Made by a program: the position numbers and the translations under genes
Shown here: piece by piece, positions 37,255 through 46,673 of the stretch
Layout: the number at the start of each line of letters is the position of its first letter
How positions within the stretch are numbered: the first letter of the stretch is position 1
Notes under the pieces: model-generated
Told to the model about the DNA's origin: nothing
What the model saw: only the letters and a program-made list of their open reading frames with translations
The model's database searches: none
Assembly (NCBI GenBank): GCA_964450885.1
Contig: CAYVFE010000001.1
Coordinates: 310,572-374,571 of the forward strand
Length of the DNA: 64,000 nt
Reading direction: 5' to 3'
Source: an uncultured Gammaproteobacteria bacterium
Lineage (GTDB): Bacteria; Patescibacteriota; Microgenomatia; Levybacterales; GWA1-39-11

Positions 37255-39100
37255 GGTGACTGATTACAGTTTTTTGAGTCATTTTGTTCTCTAATCTTAT
37301 TTCCCGATGGTTTTTTAACTCGTGCAAAAATTCATCAAGATTTTTGCTGGCAACGCAAGTAAATTTATCCGCTCCTCCATAGTATACAAATAATTTGTTA
37401 TTTTTTATGACAGCGCCGCAAGGATAAGCGACACCTGCTTTGAATCCATTATTTTCATACCATTGATCGGGCTCCAGGATCGGTTGTTGAGTTCTGTATA
37501 GAACTTTCCATGGCTCATTTAGGTCAAGCAGCATAGCACCGATTTTATATTGTGAGTCATTCTTGTCATCGACCGCGTGATAGATAAGTAGCCACCCATC
37601 TGCAGTTTTTATCGGTGGTGGGCCTGCGCCCACCTTTCTGCTGTCCCAGCCGTCTACTGTTGGCGGGATTTTGTACTCTCCTTTTAGATATCTTGGATTA
37701 TCAAAATCAAGATTATCCAGCAAATCAATCAGGATGTTCGGAAAGACTCTGTGCATTACTACATATTTGCCGCCTATTTTTTCTGGGAATACAACAGCAT
37801 TTTTGTTAACTTCATGAGGTCTGGAGATAAGTTTTGGTGTTTTCCAGTCCCAATTCTTATTTTTGAAGTCTTCCTCTGAGATAGAGGATAGCGCCACCCT
37901 AGGAGCGTTAGCTCCATTGTACGCTATATAGGTTAAATAAAATTTCTTATCATCTTTTATCCAAGTGATACGTGGATCTTCGCAGCCTCCATATCCTCCT
38001 CCAGACATGAACCAGGTCTTCGGATCTCCCCCTGGAGTCTCGAAAGATCTTCTAGGTGAGTATATCGGTTTGTCAGATCTGTAGTTAATATCAAATCCAT
38101 CAGCGCTCTCAGCATGACCAAGAACAGACGTATTTTGAGGTCCCATTGCTCTATAGATAAAATGGAATTTATCACCATCGTGTACGGCGGCTGGATTAAA
38201 AGTAGCATCCCGTTGCCAAGAGTGATGCATCACTGGGGTTATGATAGGATTTCTTTCATGCTTTTCGAGCCTAGGTTTTGTTCTACCTGGTAGACCATTA
38301 AAAACATCCGCGAATTTCCCAAAGGATACTGTGTATATATCTTTTCCACGAATCCCGAAATAAAAGAATAGATTGTCATTCAGTATCGCAGTTCCGAGTG
38401 GATAAAGTTCTCCCTTTTCTGCCTCGAGCTGTTGGGTTAGAAGTGGTCTTTGAGATCTGGAAATAAGTTTTTGCGGGTCATTTTTATCAAACAATGCTAT
38501 TCCTACAGAATAATTAAGTCCTTCCCTGAAGAATTCTCTTACGTAGTAAAAAACGAGAATCCCCTCATGGGTGTTGTAGACATTTCCTATTTGTAGTGGA
38601 TACGCATCGAAATAATTTCCCTGAGGAGATAGTACCTGGGACTTTATATCCCAATTCACTAGATCTTTTGAATAAGCGACTGAGATATTTCTATCACCGA
38701 AATAGGCTACATATTGATTGTTAATCTTAAGATCTGGTACCAGACTTGTAGTTTCTTTAATATGTTCAAGTCTGTCTATCTTTTTCCAAGACAGAAGGTC
38801 TTTTGACTCAGCTATATTTATGTTTGGTGTACCATTTAAGATCTGTTTGTAAAAAAGATAGAAATTTTTATCCAATTTTGAGATCCTAAAATCTTTAACT
38901 AAATTGGTATCTATCGTTTTATCCGCGTCTTTAAGTTCGCCCTTCTTACTGGCTGCTTTAAATCCAGTTCCATTCGTGCTGATTGAGGCAAAAAGAGAAT
39001 CGTGGGTAAAGTTTAGAAGATTTCCAAAGATATATACCTTTCCGCTATTTGAAGTTACTCCAAGATCATACGGAATATATTTAGGTAGATTTATATCCAT
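37247..39100 (-). CDS. Paralogous tandem double GH130-like protein
   Basis: Motifs 'RNPIITPV...FNPAAVHDGDKFHFIYRAMG', 'GCEDPRITW' and 'YIAYNG'. Overlaps the downstream paralog by 8 nt. Confidence 0.6.
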   Translation of the reverse strand: MDINLPKYIPYDLGVTSNSGKVYIFGNLLNFTHDSLFASISTNGTGFKAASKKGELKDADKTIDTNLVKDFRISKLDKNFYLFYKQILNGTPNINIAESKDLLSWKKIDRLEHIKETTSLVPDLKINNQYVAYFGDRNISVAYSKDLVNWDIKSQVLSPQGNYFDAYPLQIGNVYNTHEGILVFYYVREFFREGLNYSVGIALFDKNDPQKLISRSQRPLLTQQLEAEKGELYPLGTAILNDNLFFYFGIRGKDIYTVSFGKFADVFNGLPGRTKPRLEKHERNPIITPVMHHSWQRDATFNPAAVHDGDKFHFIYRAMGPQNTSVLGHAESADGFDINYRSDKPIYSPRRSFETPGGDPKTWFMSGGGYGGCEDPRITWIKDDKKFYLTYIAYNGANAPRVALSSISEEDFKNKNWDWKTPKLISRPHEVNKNAVVFPEKIGGKYVVMHRVFPNILIDLLDNLDFDNPRYLKGEYKIPPTVDGWDSRKVGAGPPPIKTADGWLLIYHAVDDKNDSQYKIGAMLLDLNEPWKVLYRTQQPILEPDQWYENNGFKAGVAYPCGAVIKNNKLFVYYGGADKFTCVASKNLDEFLHELKNHREIRLENKMTQKTVISHHA

Positions 39101-39222
39101 TTTAATAACGAAATATAGGCACGACTTTTGACCGCACCTTATATTTAATTTACTTCATTTAGTGTCACGTAGTCAAGGAATGGTTTTTCCGCTATATAAC
39201 TTGTTTGCTTTTTACTTATAAT

Positions 39223-39230
39223 GCTATAAT
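39223..39230 (+). promoter_or_regulatory. Extended -10 element TGcTATAAT, 6 nt upstream of ATG 39237
   Basis: Sequence match; identical to the element at 13873-13880. Confidence 0.35.
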
Positions 39231-39236
39231 GAATTT

Positions 39237-39476
39237 ATGGAACTGACAGCTTTGGAAAGTACTTTCTATATTCTAGGTATAATTCTTATGACCTTGATCG
39301 TAATATTAATGGTGGTAAGCGTAGTCATAATTTTTTATATAAAACACAAGATAAATATGATCCAGAGAATGATAGAAGGCAAGATCAGAGATGTCACTAC
39401 CAGACCTCAGGAGGTAGCCTTTGATTTAGGTGCAAGCTTGTTATCAAAATTATTTAGCGTAAAGAAAAGAAAATAA
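39237..39476 (+). CDS. Small membrane protein (79 aa)
   Basis: Single long hydrophobic segment. Confidence 0.4.
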   Translation: MELTALESTFYILGIILMTLIVILMVVSVVIIFYIKHKINMIQRMIEGKIRDVTTRPQEVAFDLGASLLSKLFSVKKRK

Positions 39477-39478
39477 AT

Positions 39479-39628
39479 ATGAAGCACTATATATGTGAAG
39501 GTGACTGCGGAGGCGTATCTGATACTCCAAAAGCATGTGGCACCCAGGGATGCAGTATGGAAGGAAAGGATTTGAAAGAATGCGAATGCACGGATGGAAA
39601 GCACAGTAAAAATCAAAATGAGGAGTAA
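39479..39628 (+). CDS. Cys-rich micro-protein (49 aa; 7 Cys), not in the ORF track
   Basis: Sequence 'MKHYICEGDCGGVSDTPKACGTQGCSMEGKDLKECECTDGKHSKNQNEE'. Packed between two genes with 2-3 nt gaps. Confidence 0.35.
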   Translation: MKHYICEGDCGGVSDTPKACGTQGCSMEGKDLKECECTDGKHSKNQNEE

Positions 39629-39631
39629 TAT

Positions 39632-40531
39632 ATGGCTGAGAAAAAAACAATAAAAACAACTGCAAAGAAATCAGAGAAAAAGGAAGAAGTTTCTCTTGAG
39701 GAATTGAAAAGAAGAAAAGAAGAAGTTCTGGCCCGTATAAATGCTGAGATTGGTGATGAAGATGAAGGCCAGGTTGTGATCGAGGACAAAAAAAGAGAAG
39801 CAGAAGAAGAGAAAAAAGAGGAACTGGAAGAGGTTGAAAAAAAAGAGCTTGAGGAAGAGATCCTAAATGATAAATCTGATGATCTCAATGAAGAATCGGT
39901 AGAAGTTGAAAAAGAAAAAAAAGTGGAAGAAACGGTTGACGAAAGCCCTGAGATAGAGGATAAAAAAGAAGAGGAGATGAGCAAATCACACGATGATGAA
40001 TTGTCTTCAACATTCTCTGCAGCAGAATTTGGGATTGCAGACAATAAAGGAAATAAGGGAAAGAATATAATTTTATTTCTAATAGTATTTATAATAGTTG
40101 CGCTTATCTCCACAGCATTTTATTTTTATTTTACCGGTGCTTTTAATGTGAATAATCCTACAGAAACTGCCGAAATAACTCCGACAGAGGCGCCTAGTCC
40201 AACAGTAACCCCTGTAGAGCTCGATCGAGCAGAAATTTCTATTCAGGTCCTAAATGGTAGTGGCGTTAGTGGGGCTGCAGGTGATATGCAAGCCTTTTTA
40301 GAGGACGTTGGCTATGAGAATGTTGAGGCCGGAAATGCGGATGATAGTGATTATTTGAATATAACTATTCAGATCAAGGAGGAATTTGAGGAATTTGCGG
40401 ATCTAATAAGTAAAGATATATCTGACTCATACGTCGTTAATGATGATATAGAGATGCTTGATGAAGACAGCGATTATGATGCAGTAATAATTGTAGGTTC
40501 ACAGGACGAAGTAGAAGAGTCAGATGAGTAA
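39632..40531 (+). CDS. E/K-rich coiled-coil membrane protein with a C-terminal LytR_C domain
   Basis: Motif 'ISIQVLNGSGVSGAAGDMQAFLEDVGYENVEAGNA'. Central transmembrane segment. Confidence 0.5.
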   Translation: MAEKKTIKTTAKKSEKKEEVSLEELKRRKEEVLARINAEIGDEDEGQVVIEDKKREAEEEKKEELEEVEKKELEEEILNDKSDDLNEESVEVEKEKKVEETVDESPEIEDKKEEEMSKSHDDELSSTFSAAEFGIADNKGNKGKNIILFLIVFIIVALISTAFYFYFTGAFNVNNPTETAEITPTEAPSPTVTPVELDRAEISIQVLNGSGVSGAAGDMQAFLEDVGYENVEAGNADDSDYLNITIQIKEEFEEFADLISKDISDSYVVNDDIEMLDEDSDYDAVIIVGSQDEVEESDE

Positions 40532-41387
40532 AAAAACACTTTCTTTTAACAAACTTCATAAAAAGTGGTCTGAAATTCATAAAAAGCAGCAGGAGAAGAT
40601 TCTAGACAAGCATAAAGAAGCACTAGATCACATTTCGCAAAATTCAAAACAATATGCTATAGGAGCAGTTGGTGGTCTCATGCTTCTAACGAATCCCGTA
40701 AATCTCCAGATTTCATCAGGTTCTCCCTCTGGCATTCAATACGAAAAACTAAACAAAAATGTGCATTTGGTTTCTGATCTAGAGCCTTTGATTCCCGACG
40801 ACTACAGAAATTTTACCGACGAAGAAAATGATCAAATAGCAGACAAATTAAGTGATACTTTTGGAATGGATATCAAATATGAAATAGACAATAAGAGGCT
40901 TAATACTACTTATGGTTTTATAGGCGCAGAGCAGCACCTTATGCGTTATCCAGGAGACAATGAGGCAACTCATTTCCAGACACCACAAGAAGCAGAGGAG
41001 TTTATGTCATCAGGTCTTGCGCCCGGGAGAGGTGCTTGGGGATATTTTGCTAACTCAGCTCAAGAAATGACTCAAGAAGATGTGGATCGGGAGAAGTATT
41101 ATATTGCTGTTCAGACCTTCTTAGCGCCAGATTACCTCAATAGGGTCGGTGAGTATAGGGATTTTTTTAAGTATAGAAAGATGCTTTTGGTGAATCCACA
41201 TAACGGTAAAGCTATAGTTGTTGTTATAGGGGATGCAGGTCCTGCAAAGTGGACTGGAAAACATTTGGGCGGGTCTCCAGAAGTAATGCGGCATTTGGAG
41301 AGATATGATGGAGGTCAGAAAGGACAAGTGTTGTACTATTTTATAGACGATCCAGAAAATAAGGTTCCGCTTGGACCTGTAGAATAA
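40524..41387 (+). CDS. Hypothetical protein; possible RlpA-like double-psi beta-barrel
   Basis: Weak resemblance: 'KAIVVVIGDAGPAKWTGKHLGGSPEV'. Confidence 0.35.
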   Translation: MSKKTLSFNKLHKKWSEIHKKQQEKILDKHKEALDHISQNSKQYAIGAVGGLMLLTNPVNLQISSGSPSGIQYEKLNKNVHLVSDLEPLIPDDYRNFTDEENDQIADKLSDTFGMDIKYEIDNKRLNTTYGFIGAEQHLMRYPGDNEATHFQTPQEAEEFMSSGLAPGRGAWGYFANSAQEMTQEDVDREKYYIAVQTFLAPDYLNRVGEYRDFFKYRKMLLVNPHNGKAIVVVIGDAGPAKWTGKHLGGSPEVMRHLERYDGGQKGQVLYYFIDDPENKVPLGPVE

Positions 41388-41391
41388 AAGT

Positions 41392-41718
41392 ATGAAGAGT
41401 AAATTTTATAGTCATATATTAAAGATCGAGCCAATAAATAGTAAATTTGGTGAATATGAAATATCCGATTCTCAAAGAGACGAACTTTTGGATATATTAC
41501 ACACGCACGTTCATATCACGGTTATTGACGTAATTCTCAGCGAGTTAGACGATGACAAGAAAAAAGAATTTCTGCATCTTATTGCGTTAAAAGAAGATCA
41601 CAGTGCTGCTTGGGATTTTGTTATAACAAATATCGAAAAAGGAGAAGATAAGGTAAAAGAAGCAATAGATAGCATAGTAAAGGAATTTGTGAGTGATCTT
41701 GAGAAGCATAGTCTGTAA
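41392..41718 (+). CDS. Hypothetical protein (108 aa)
   Basis: ORF only. Confidence 0.35.
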   Translation: MKSKFYSHILKIEPINSKFGEYEISDSQRDELLDILHTHVHITVIDVILSELDDDKKKEFLHLIALKEDHSAAWDFVITNIEKGEDKVKEAIDSIVKEFVSDLEKHSL

Positions 41719-41742
41719 GCATTTTAATTGTGATAAATCCCT

Positions 41743-42144
41743 ATGAAAAAAAAGATAGAATTAGAAGATGAAGAGAAAGTTAAAAGCAAGAAAAAGATTG
41801 TCGAAGAATACGAATCACAGTGGAGCCTCAAAAGAATTCTTATTTTTTTGAGTATTCTTGGAGTAATTCTCTTTATTATTTATTATATTTTTACAGCAAG
41901 ATTTGGAGAGGTTTTAGGTGAAAAAGATATAGGCAGCACAAGTATCGGTCCGCAAATAGAACTTCCTTCAAAAGATAATATCGATGATATTTTAAAAGAT
42001 GCAGAAGAGAATGTGGCAAATATCGATGCGAATGACATCATAGGATCTCAGCCTCAAATTCAAGACGCCATAAAGCAACTGCAAAAGCTTACGAGCGAGG
42101 ATGGTATAAAAAAAGCATTTTGTTCGTCTGTCTGCTCGGAATAG
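41743..42144 (+). CDS. Hypothetical membrane-anchored protein (133 aa)
   Basis: N-terminal transmembrane segment. Confidence 0.35.
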   Translation: MKKKIELEDEEKVKSKKKIVEEYESQWSLKRILIFLSILGVILFIIYYIFTARFGEVLGEKDIGSTSIGPQIELPSKDNIDDILKDAEENVANIDANDIIGSQPQIQDAIKQLQKLTSEDGIKKAFCSSVCSE

Positions 42145-42190
42145 CTACTTACAGCAGAATAAATAATTCTGTTACAATAGCCTCATTACT

Positions 42191-43192
42191 ATGGAAGATA
42201 TATACTCAAGAGCAAAAAATCTTATCGAGCAGCTGGAAATAGAGAAGAAAAAAATCCGACTCAAAGAGATAGAAGCACAATCTACAGACCCAGATTTCTG
42301 GAAAAATAGTACAAAAGCAACGAATGCTATGAAAGAAATGGGGGAGCTTTCAAAGGAGATAGACACTTTAGAGCGGATTGAGAAGATGATATCAAATGGT
42401 GAAACTGAAGGACTTGAGAACCTGGTCTCCGAGCTTGAGATAAGCGTTTATCTCTCTGGAAAATTTGATAGGGGTTCTGCAATTCTTTCCGTCCACTCGG
42501 GTCAAGGAGGAGTCGATGCTATGGATTGGGCTCAGATACTATCCAGAATGTACACAAGGTATTTTGAGAAGAAAAAATACAGCGTTGAAATCATAGATGA
42601 GAGCAAAGGAGAGGAAGCGGGTATAAAAAGTATAACATTTATAGTAAATGGAGATCTTGCTTATGGAAAATTAAAGAATGAAAGCGGTACACATAGATTG
42701 GTTAGGCTTTCTCCTTTTAACTCGGATAAATTACGTCATACGTCCTTTGCTTTAGTTGAAGTGTTGCCATATGTTGATGACAACGTAGATATACAACTTA
42801 AAGAGGACGATCTAGAGTGGGATTTTTATAGAGCATCTTCTCATGGGGGCCAGAATGTTCAAAAAGTTTCTAGTGCGGTAAGGCTTACTCATAAACCCTC
42901 AGGTATAGTGGTTACCTGTCAAACAGAAAGGTACCAAAATCAAAACAGGGAATATGCTTTAAAAATCCTCAAGTCAAAACTTGCGGTGTTGGAAGAAGAA
43001 AAGAAAAAAGAGGAAGAAAGAAGACAAAAAGGGGATTATAAGCCAGCTTCTTGGGGCAACCAGATTAGAAACTATGTGCTTCACCCATATAAATTAGTTA
43101 AGGATACGAGGACAAAAGTGGAAAGCTCCGACCCTGATTCAGTACTGGACGGAAATATAGATTTATTTATTGATGCTGAGCTCAAATTGTAG
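42191..43192 (+). CDS. prfB: Peptide chain release factor 2
   Basis: 'SPF' motif in 'RLVRLSPFNSD'. 'GGQ' motif in 'SSHGGQNVQKVSSAVRLTH'. A single continuous ORF with no +1 frameshift. Confidence 0.85.
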   Translation: MEDIYSRAKNLIEQLEIEKKKIRLKEIEAQSTDPDFWKNSTKATNAMKEMGELSKEIDTLERIEKMISNGETEGLENLVSELEISVYLSGKFDRGSAILSVHSGQGGVDAMDWAQILSRMYTRYFEKKKYSVEIIDESKGEEAGIKSITFIVNGDLAYGKLKNESGTHRLVRLSPFNSDKLRHTSFALVEVLPYVDDNVDIQLKEDDLEWDFYRASSHGGQNVQKVSSAVRLTHKPSGIVVTCQTERYQNQNREYALKILKSKLAVLEEEKKKEEERRQKGDYKPASWGNQIRNYVLHPYKLVKDTRTKVESSDPDSVLDGNIDLFIDAELKL

Positions 43193-43236
43193 ATAAAATC
43201 TTGTAATAATTTTTGATTTATGTTTTACTGTAATCT

Positions 43237-43719
43237 ATGGAAAATAGATCTGTAAGTTCAAAAGACAAGCCAATCATCCGCTCTATGGAGGGGAAGAAAA
43301 AGACCAAGTTAGGTAAGTATACAAATCTTGTTTCTATACTTATGGTGCTGGGACTCGGTTTGGGCAGCGGATTTCTGCTCGCACAAATTACTATCGCAAC
43401 TGGAGTTGTAAATAAGAAGGTTGAGGTCATCGAGATAGCGGAAGATGCTGAAATCAAGAAGGGCTTAGTTGTGGGCGCGGATGACAGTGGTCAATTCCCA
43501 GACGTAGCGGAGGGAGAATTAGTTGAGGGTGGTATTGATGGTGAAGGAACACATCATCTAGAACGACCAGGTGGAGAATCTCAAAACGTTTATTTGACAT
43601 CCTCAAATGTAGATCTGGATAAGTTCGTAGGTAGGAAAGTGAAGATAAACGGCAAAACATTTGATGCAGAAAAAGCAGGATGGCTTATGGACGTAGGAAA
43701 ACTTGAGGTTATAGAGTAG
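43237..43719 (+). CDS. Hypothetical membrane-anchored secreted protein (160 aa)
   Basis: Transmembrane segment, then a Gly/Glu-rich domain. Confidence 0.4.
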   Translation: MENRSVSSKDKPIIRSMEGKKKTKLGKYTNLVSILMVLGLGLGSGFLLAQITIATGVVNKKVEVIEIAEDAEIKKGLVVGADDSGQFPDVAEGELVEGGIDGEGTHHLERPGGESQNVYLTSSNVDLDKFVGRKVKINGKTFDAEKAGWLMDVGKLEVIE

Positions 43720-43764
43720 GGATTTTTATTATCGAATTTATTTCTAGTAGAATGATAAATAAGC

Positions 43765-44550
43765 ATGATACGATTTCAAAACGTTTCCAAAACTTACTAC
43801 AATACTAAAGCGCTAGATAATTTGAGTTTTCAAATTGATCAGGGTAATTTAGTGCTTCTTGTCGGACCCACTGGTTCTGGAAAAACTACAATTTTTAGGC
43901 TTATAATCCGCGATTTGGAACCATCAGAAGGGGAGATAAAAATAGGTGAGATCGATGTGCATCAACTTCATAGGTCAAAAATAAGGCATTTAAGGCGTAA
44001 GGTAGGGGTAGTATTTCAAGATCTAAAACTATTGTTTGACAGGACTGTAATAGAGAACGTTATGCTTCCCCTCGAACTTTCAGGTGTTTCCGAAAGAGAA
44101 GCAAAGGAGCGCGCACAAGAGGTCCTAGATGATGTTGGGATCTCACATAAGTCTGATCAATTTCCACTTCAACTTTCCGGAGGGGAAAGACAAAGAGTTG
44201 CGATCGCAAGGGCGCTAGTTTTTAATCCAGAAGTAATTCTTGCTGATGAGCCAACAGGTAATCTAGACATAAAAACCTCTATGCAGATATTCGAACTTCT
44301 CGAACAAATAAACAAGAGAGGAACGACTATATTCATGGCAACACACAACGATCATATAATAGAAAAAACTGGATACAGAGTCTTATATGTTGAAGGTGGG
44401 GTATTAAAAAATGATAAAAAATCTACAAAAAAAATGACGCCTGAAGTAAAAAACGACGAACAAAAGCCCGATAAAGAAAAACATGAAGAAGCAAAAAAGG
44501 ATGATAAATCAGAAAAAATAAACCTGGAGTCGCTCAAAAATAAGAAATAA
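43765..44550 (+). CDS. ftsE: Cell-division ABC ATPase FtsE with a Lys-rich C-terminal tail
   Basis: Motifs 'LVGPTGSGKTT', 'LSGGERQRVAIARAL' and 'ILADEPTGNLD'. Confidence 0.85.
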   Translation: MIRFQNVSKTYYNTKALDNLSFQIDQGNLVLLVGPTGSGKTTIFRLIIRDLEPSEGEIKIGEIDVHQLHRSKIRHLRRKVGVVFQDLKLLFDRTVIENVMLPLELSGVSEREAKERAQEVLDDVGISHKSDQFPLQLSGGERQRVAIARALVFNPEVILADEPTGNLDIKTSMQIFELLEQINKRGTTIFMATHNDHIIEKTGYRVLYVEGGVLKNDKKSTKKMTPEVKNDEQKPDKEKHEEAKKDDKSEKINLESLKNKK

Positions 44551-44552
44551 CA

Positions 44553-45419
44553 ATGCATATAAAAACTGTCGCAAGGTATATTAGACGTTCGCCCTACCAG
44601 GCGCTGGCTGCCATTATGATAATGAGCCTGACTTTTTTGACAATCTCAGTTTTCGCTGTTGTGACAATTCTTTCTGTAAGAATTATCGATTATTTCGAAT
44701 CTAGACCTCAGATTAGCGTTTTTTTTGAGCCCAATACTCCTCGGGAACAAATAGAATCAGCAAGACAAAATATAGAAGCAACAGGGAAGACGTCTGCCGT
44801 GAATTTCATATCGCAAGAAGAGGCGCTTGCCATATACAGAGAATTTAATAAAGATGAGCCGCTTCTCGTTGAGCTCGTTTCTGCAGATATATTGCCACCA
44901 TCACTGGATGTGAAGGCTCGAATAGTGACCGATCTACCGGAGCTTGCAGCAGTCGCACAAACTTCTGAAGGTGTTGATCGTGTGATTTTCCAAAAAGATA
45001 TAGTTGACACTTTGAGTCAGTGGACTAATGCATTTAGAAAGGTTGGAATTTTAATAGTTGCTGTGTTGATGGTGGTTTCGATATTCGTAATACTTACGAT
45101 AATTGGTATAAAAATCACAATCAGGCGTGGGGAAATCGAGATAATGAAGCTGATTGGTGCGTCGGATTGGTTTATTAGAACGCCCTTTATACTAGAGGGA
45201 ATATTTTATTCAGTTCTAGGGGCGATAATAGGATGGGCAGTTTCCTATGGGGCCCTTATGATTTTCGGTCAATCTACGCTGCAATCGTTCTTTAATGGAG
45301 TGCCGGTTTTTCCGATAGAGCCAATTTATATGCTTGCTGTTTTGGGGCTTCAGATATTGCTTGCAGTAGTTTTGGGTGCATTCGCAAGCTTTTTGGCGGT
45401 ATTTAGATATCTTAAATAA
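44553..45419 (+). CDS. ftsX: Cell-division permease FtsX
   Basis: Four transmembrane segments and a periplasmic loop, adjacent to ftsE. Confidence 0.8.
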   Translation: MHIKTVARYIRRSPYQALAAIMIMSLTFLTISVFAVVTILSVRIIDYFESRPQISVFFEPNTPREQIESARQNIEATGKTSAVNFISQEEALAIYREFNKDEPLLVELVSADILPPSLDVKARIVTDLPELAAVAQTSEGVDRVIFQKDIVDTLSQWTNAFRKVGILIVAVLMVVSIFVILTIIGIKITIRRGEIEIMKLIGASDWFIRTPFILEGIFYSVLGAIIGWAVSYGALMIFGQSTLQSFFNGVPVFPIEPIYMLAVLGLQILLAVVLGAFASFLAVFRYLK

Positions 45420-45425
45420 TTAGGT

Positions 45426-46637
45426 ATGAAGTGGAATCTTCGATACATATTTGTTTCCTTTTTTGTCCTTTTACTATTTAGCTTTTTAGTAGGTAGTGTT
45501 ATGGGGCAGACGGAAACACCAACCCCTACTCCAGAAGAAAGCGAGGAAGATGTCAGTGAAGAACTTGAAGAAATTCAAGGCAAAATTGAAGAATACGAGT
45601 CGAAAATTGATGAACTTCAAAATGAGGCAAAAAGTCTTTCCTCTCAAATCGAAATAGTTGATAGTCAGGTTGCACTGACAGAACTTCGTGTGCGGGAGAC
45701 TGAGAAAAAAATCGACAACCTCAAAGAAGATATAGACATCACCGAAGATAAGATATACAACCTCGAGGGTAATATTGATGGAATATCAAAAGCGCTTCTT
45801 AATAGAATTGTTGCATCATATAAGTATGGGAGTATTGAACCATGGGAAGTTCTTCTTACTTCGGGTAATATAGATAAATTTTTTACAAGATTAAAATACT
45901 TAAAAATAGTTCAGCATTATGATCAGAAAAACATAATAGAGGCCGAGCAGTCAAAGGTAAGTTATGCAAATCAGCAAGACATATTAGTAGAAAAACAAGA
46001 AGAAGCAGAACAATTATCCGCTCAGCTTGATAGTTACAACGAGCAATTATCGGCCGAAAGACAGAATAAGGAGTATTTACTTAACGAAACTCGCGGAAGT
46101 GAGGCAGAATATCAAAAACTACTTGCTGAAACACGTGCAGAGTTCTTAGCAATTCAAGGTATTATTGCAGGTAAAGGAGAAGAAATTGAGTCTGGCGAAG
46201 TTAGTGAAGGTGATAGGATAGCATCGATTATACAGGGTGCATCCTGTAACTCATCAGGTACGCATTTGCATTTTATAGTAAGGGAAGGAAATGGAGCACA
46301 TAACCCATTCAATTACTTATCATCTATTGATCACACAAATAATTCTGGCGGTGATCCATTCGAGCCGTCTGGATCATGGAGATGGCCGATAGACCCTGTT
46401 ATTCGTTACAATCAGGGTTATGGCGTAACGCAGGCAATCAAGTCTGGATTTGTTTGGTATGGATTTCACGACGGAATAGATATTGGAACTTCAGGTTCAC
46501 AGACTGTGCGAGCAGTGAAGGATGGAACCCTGTATCAGGGTAGCTATTCCGGGAATGGTGGATGTCGCCTTCAATATGTGAGAGTGGATCATAAAGAGGG
46601 AGGGCTAGACACTCTTTATTTACATGTCAATTACTAA
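45426..46637 (+). CDS. Coiled-coil M23 peptidase (EnvC-like)
   Basis: Coiled coil followed by 'GTHLHFIVREG...HNPFNYL'. Confidence 0.7.
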   Translation: MKWNLRYIFVSFFVLLLFSFLVGSVMGQTETPTPTPEESEEDVSEELEEIQGKIEEYESKIDELQNEAKSLSSQIEIVDSQVALTELRVRETEKKIDNLKEDIDITEDKIYNLEGNIDGISKALLNRIVASYKYGSIEPWEVLLTSGNIDKFFTRLKYLKIVQHYDQKNIIEAEQSKVSYANQQDILVEKQEEAEQLSAQLDSYNEQLSAERQNKEYLLNETRGSEAEYQKLLAETRAEFLAIQGIIAGKGEEIESGEVSEGDRIASIIQGASCNSSGTHLHFIVREGNGAHNPFNYLSSIDHTNNSGGDPFEPSGSWRWPIDPVIRYNQGYGVTQAIKSGFVWYGFHDGIDIGTSGSQTVRAVKDGTLYQGSYSGNGGCRLQYVRVDHKEGGLDTLYLHVNY

Positions 46638-46673
46638 TTATTTAAATTTATTTTTTTAATACAAAATTATTTT

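Noticed and set aside
42191-43192. Looked for the programmed +1 frameshift (CTT TGA C) typical of prfB
   Set aside because: The RF2 ORF is continuous from ATG 42191 through the region aligning with the E. coli shift site. There is no in-frame UGA, so no frameshift in this organism.
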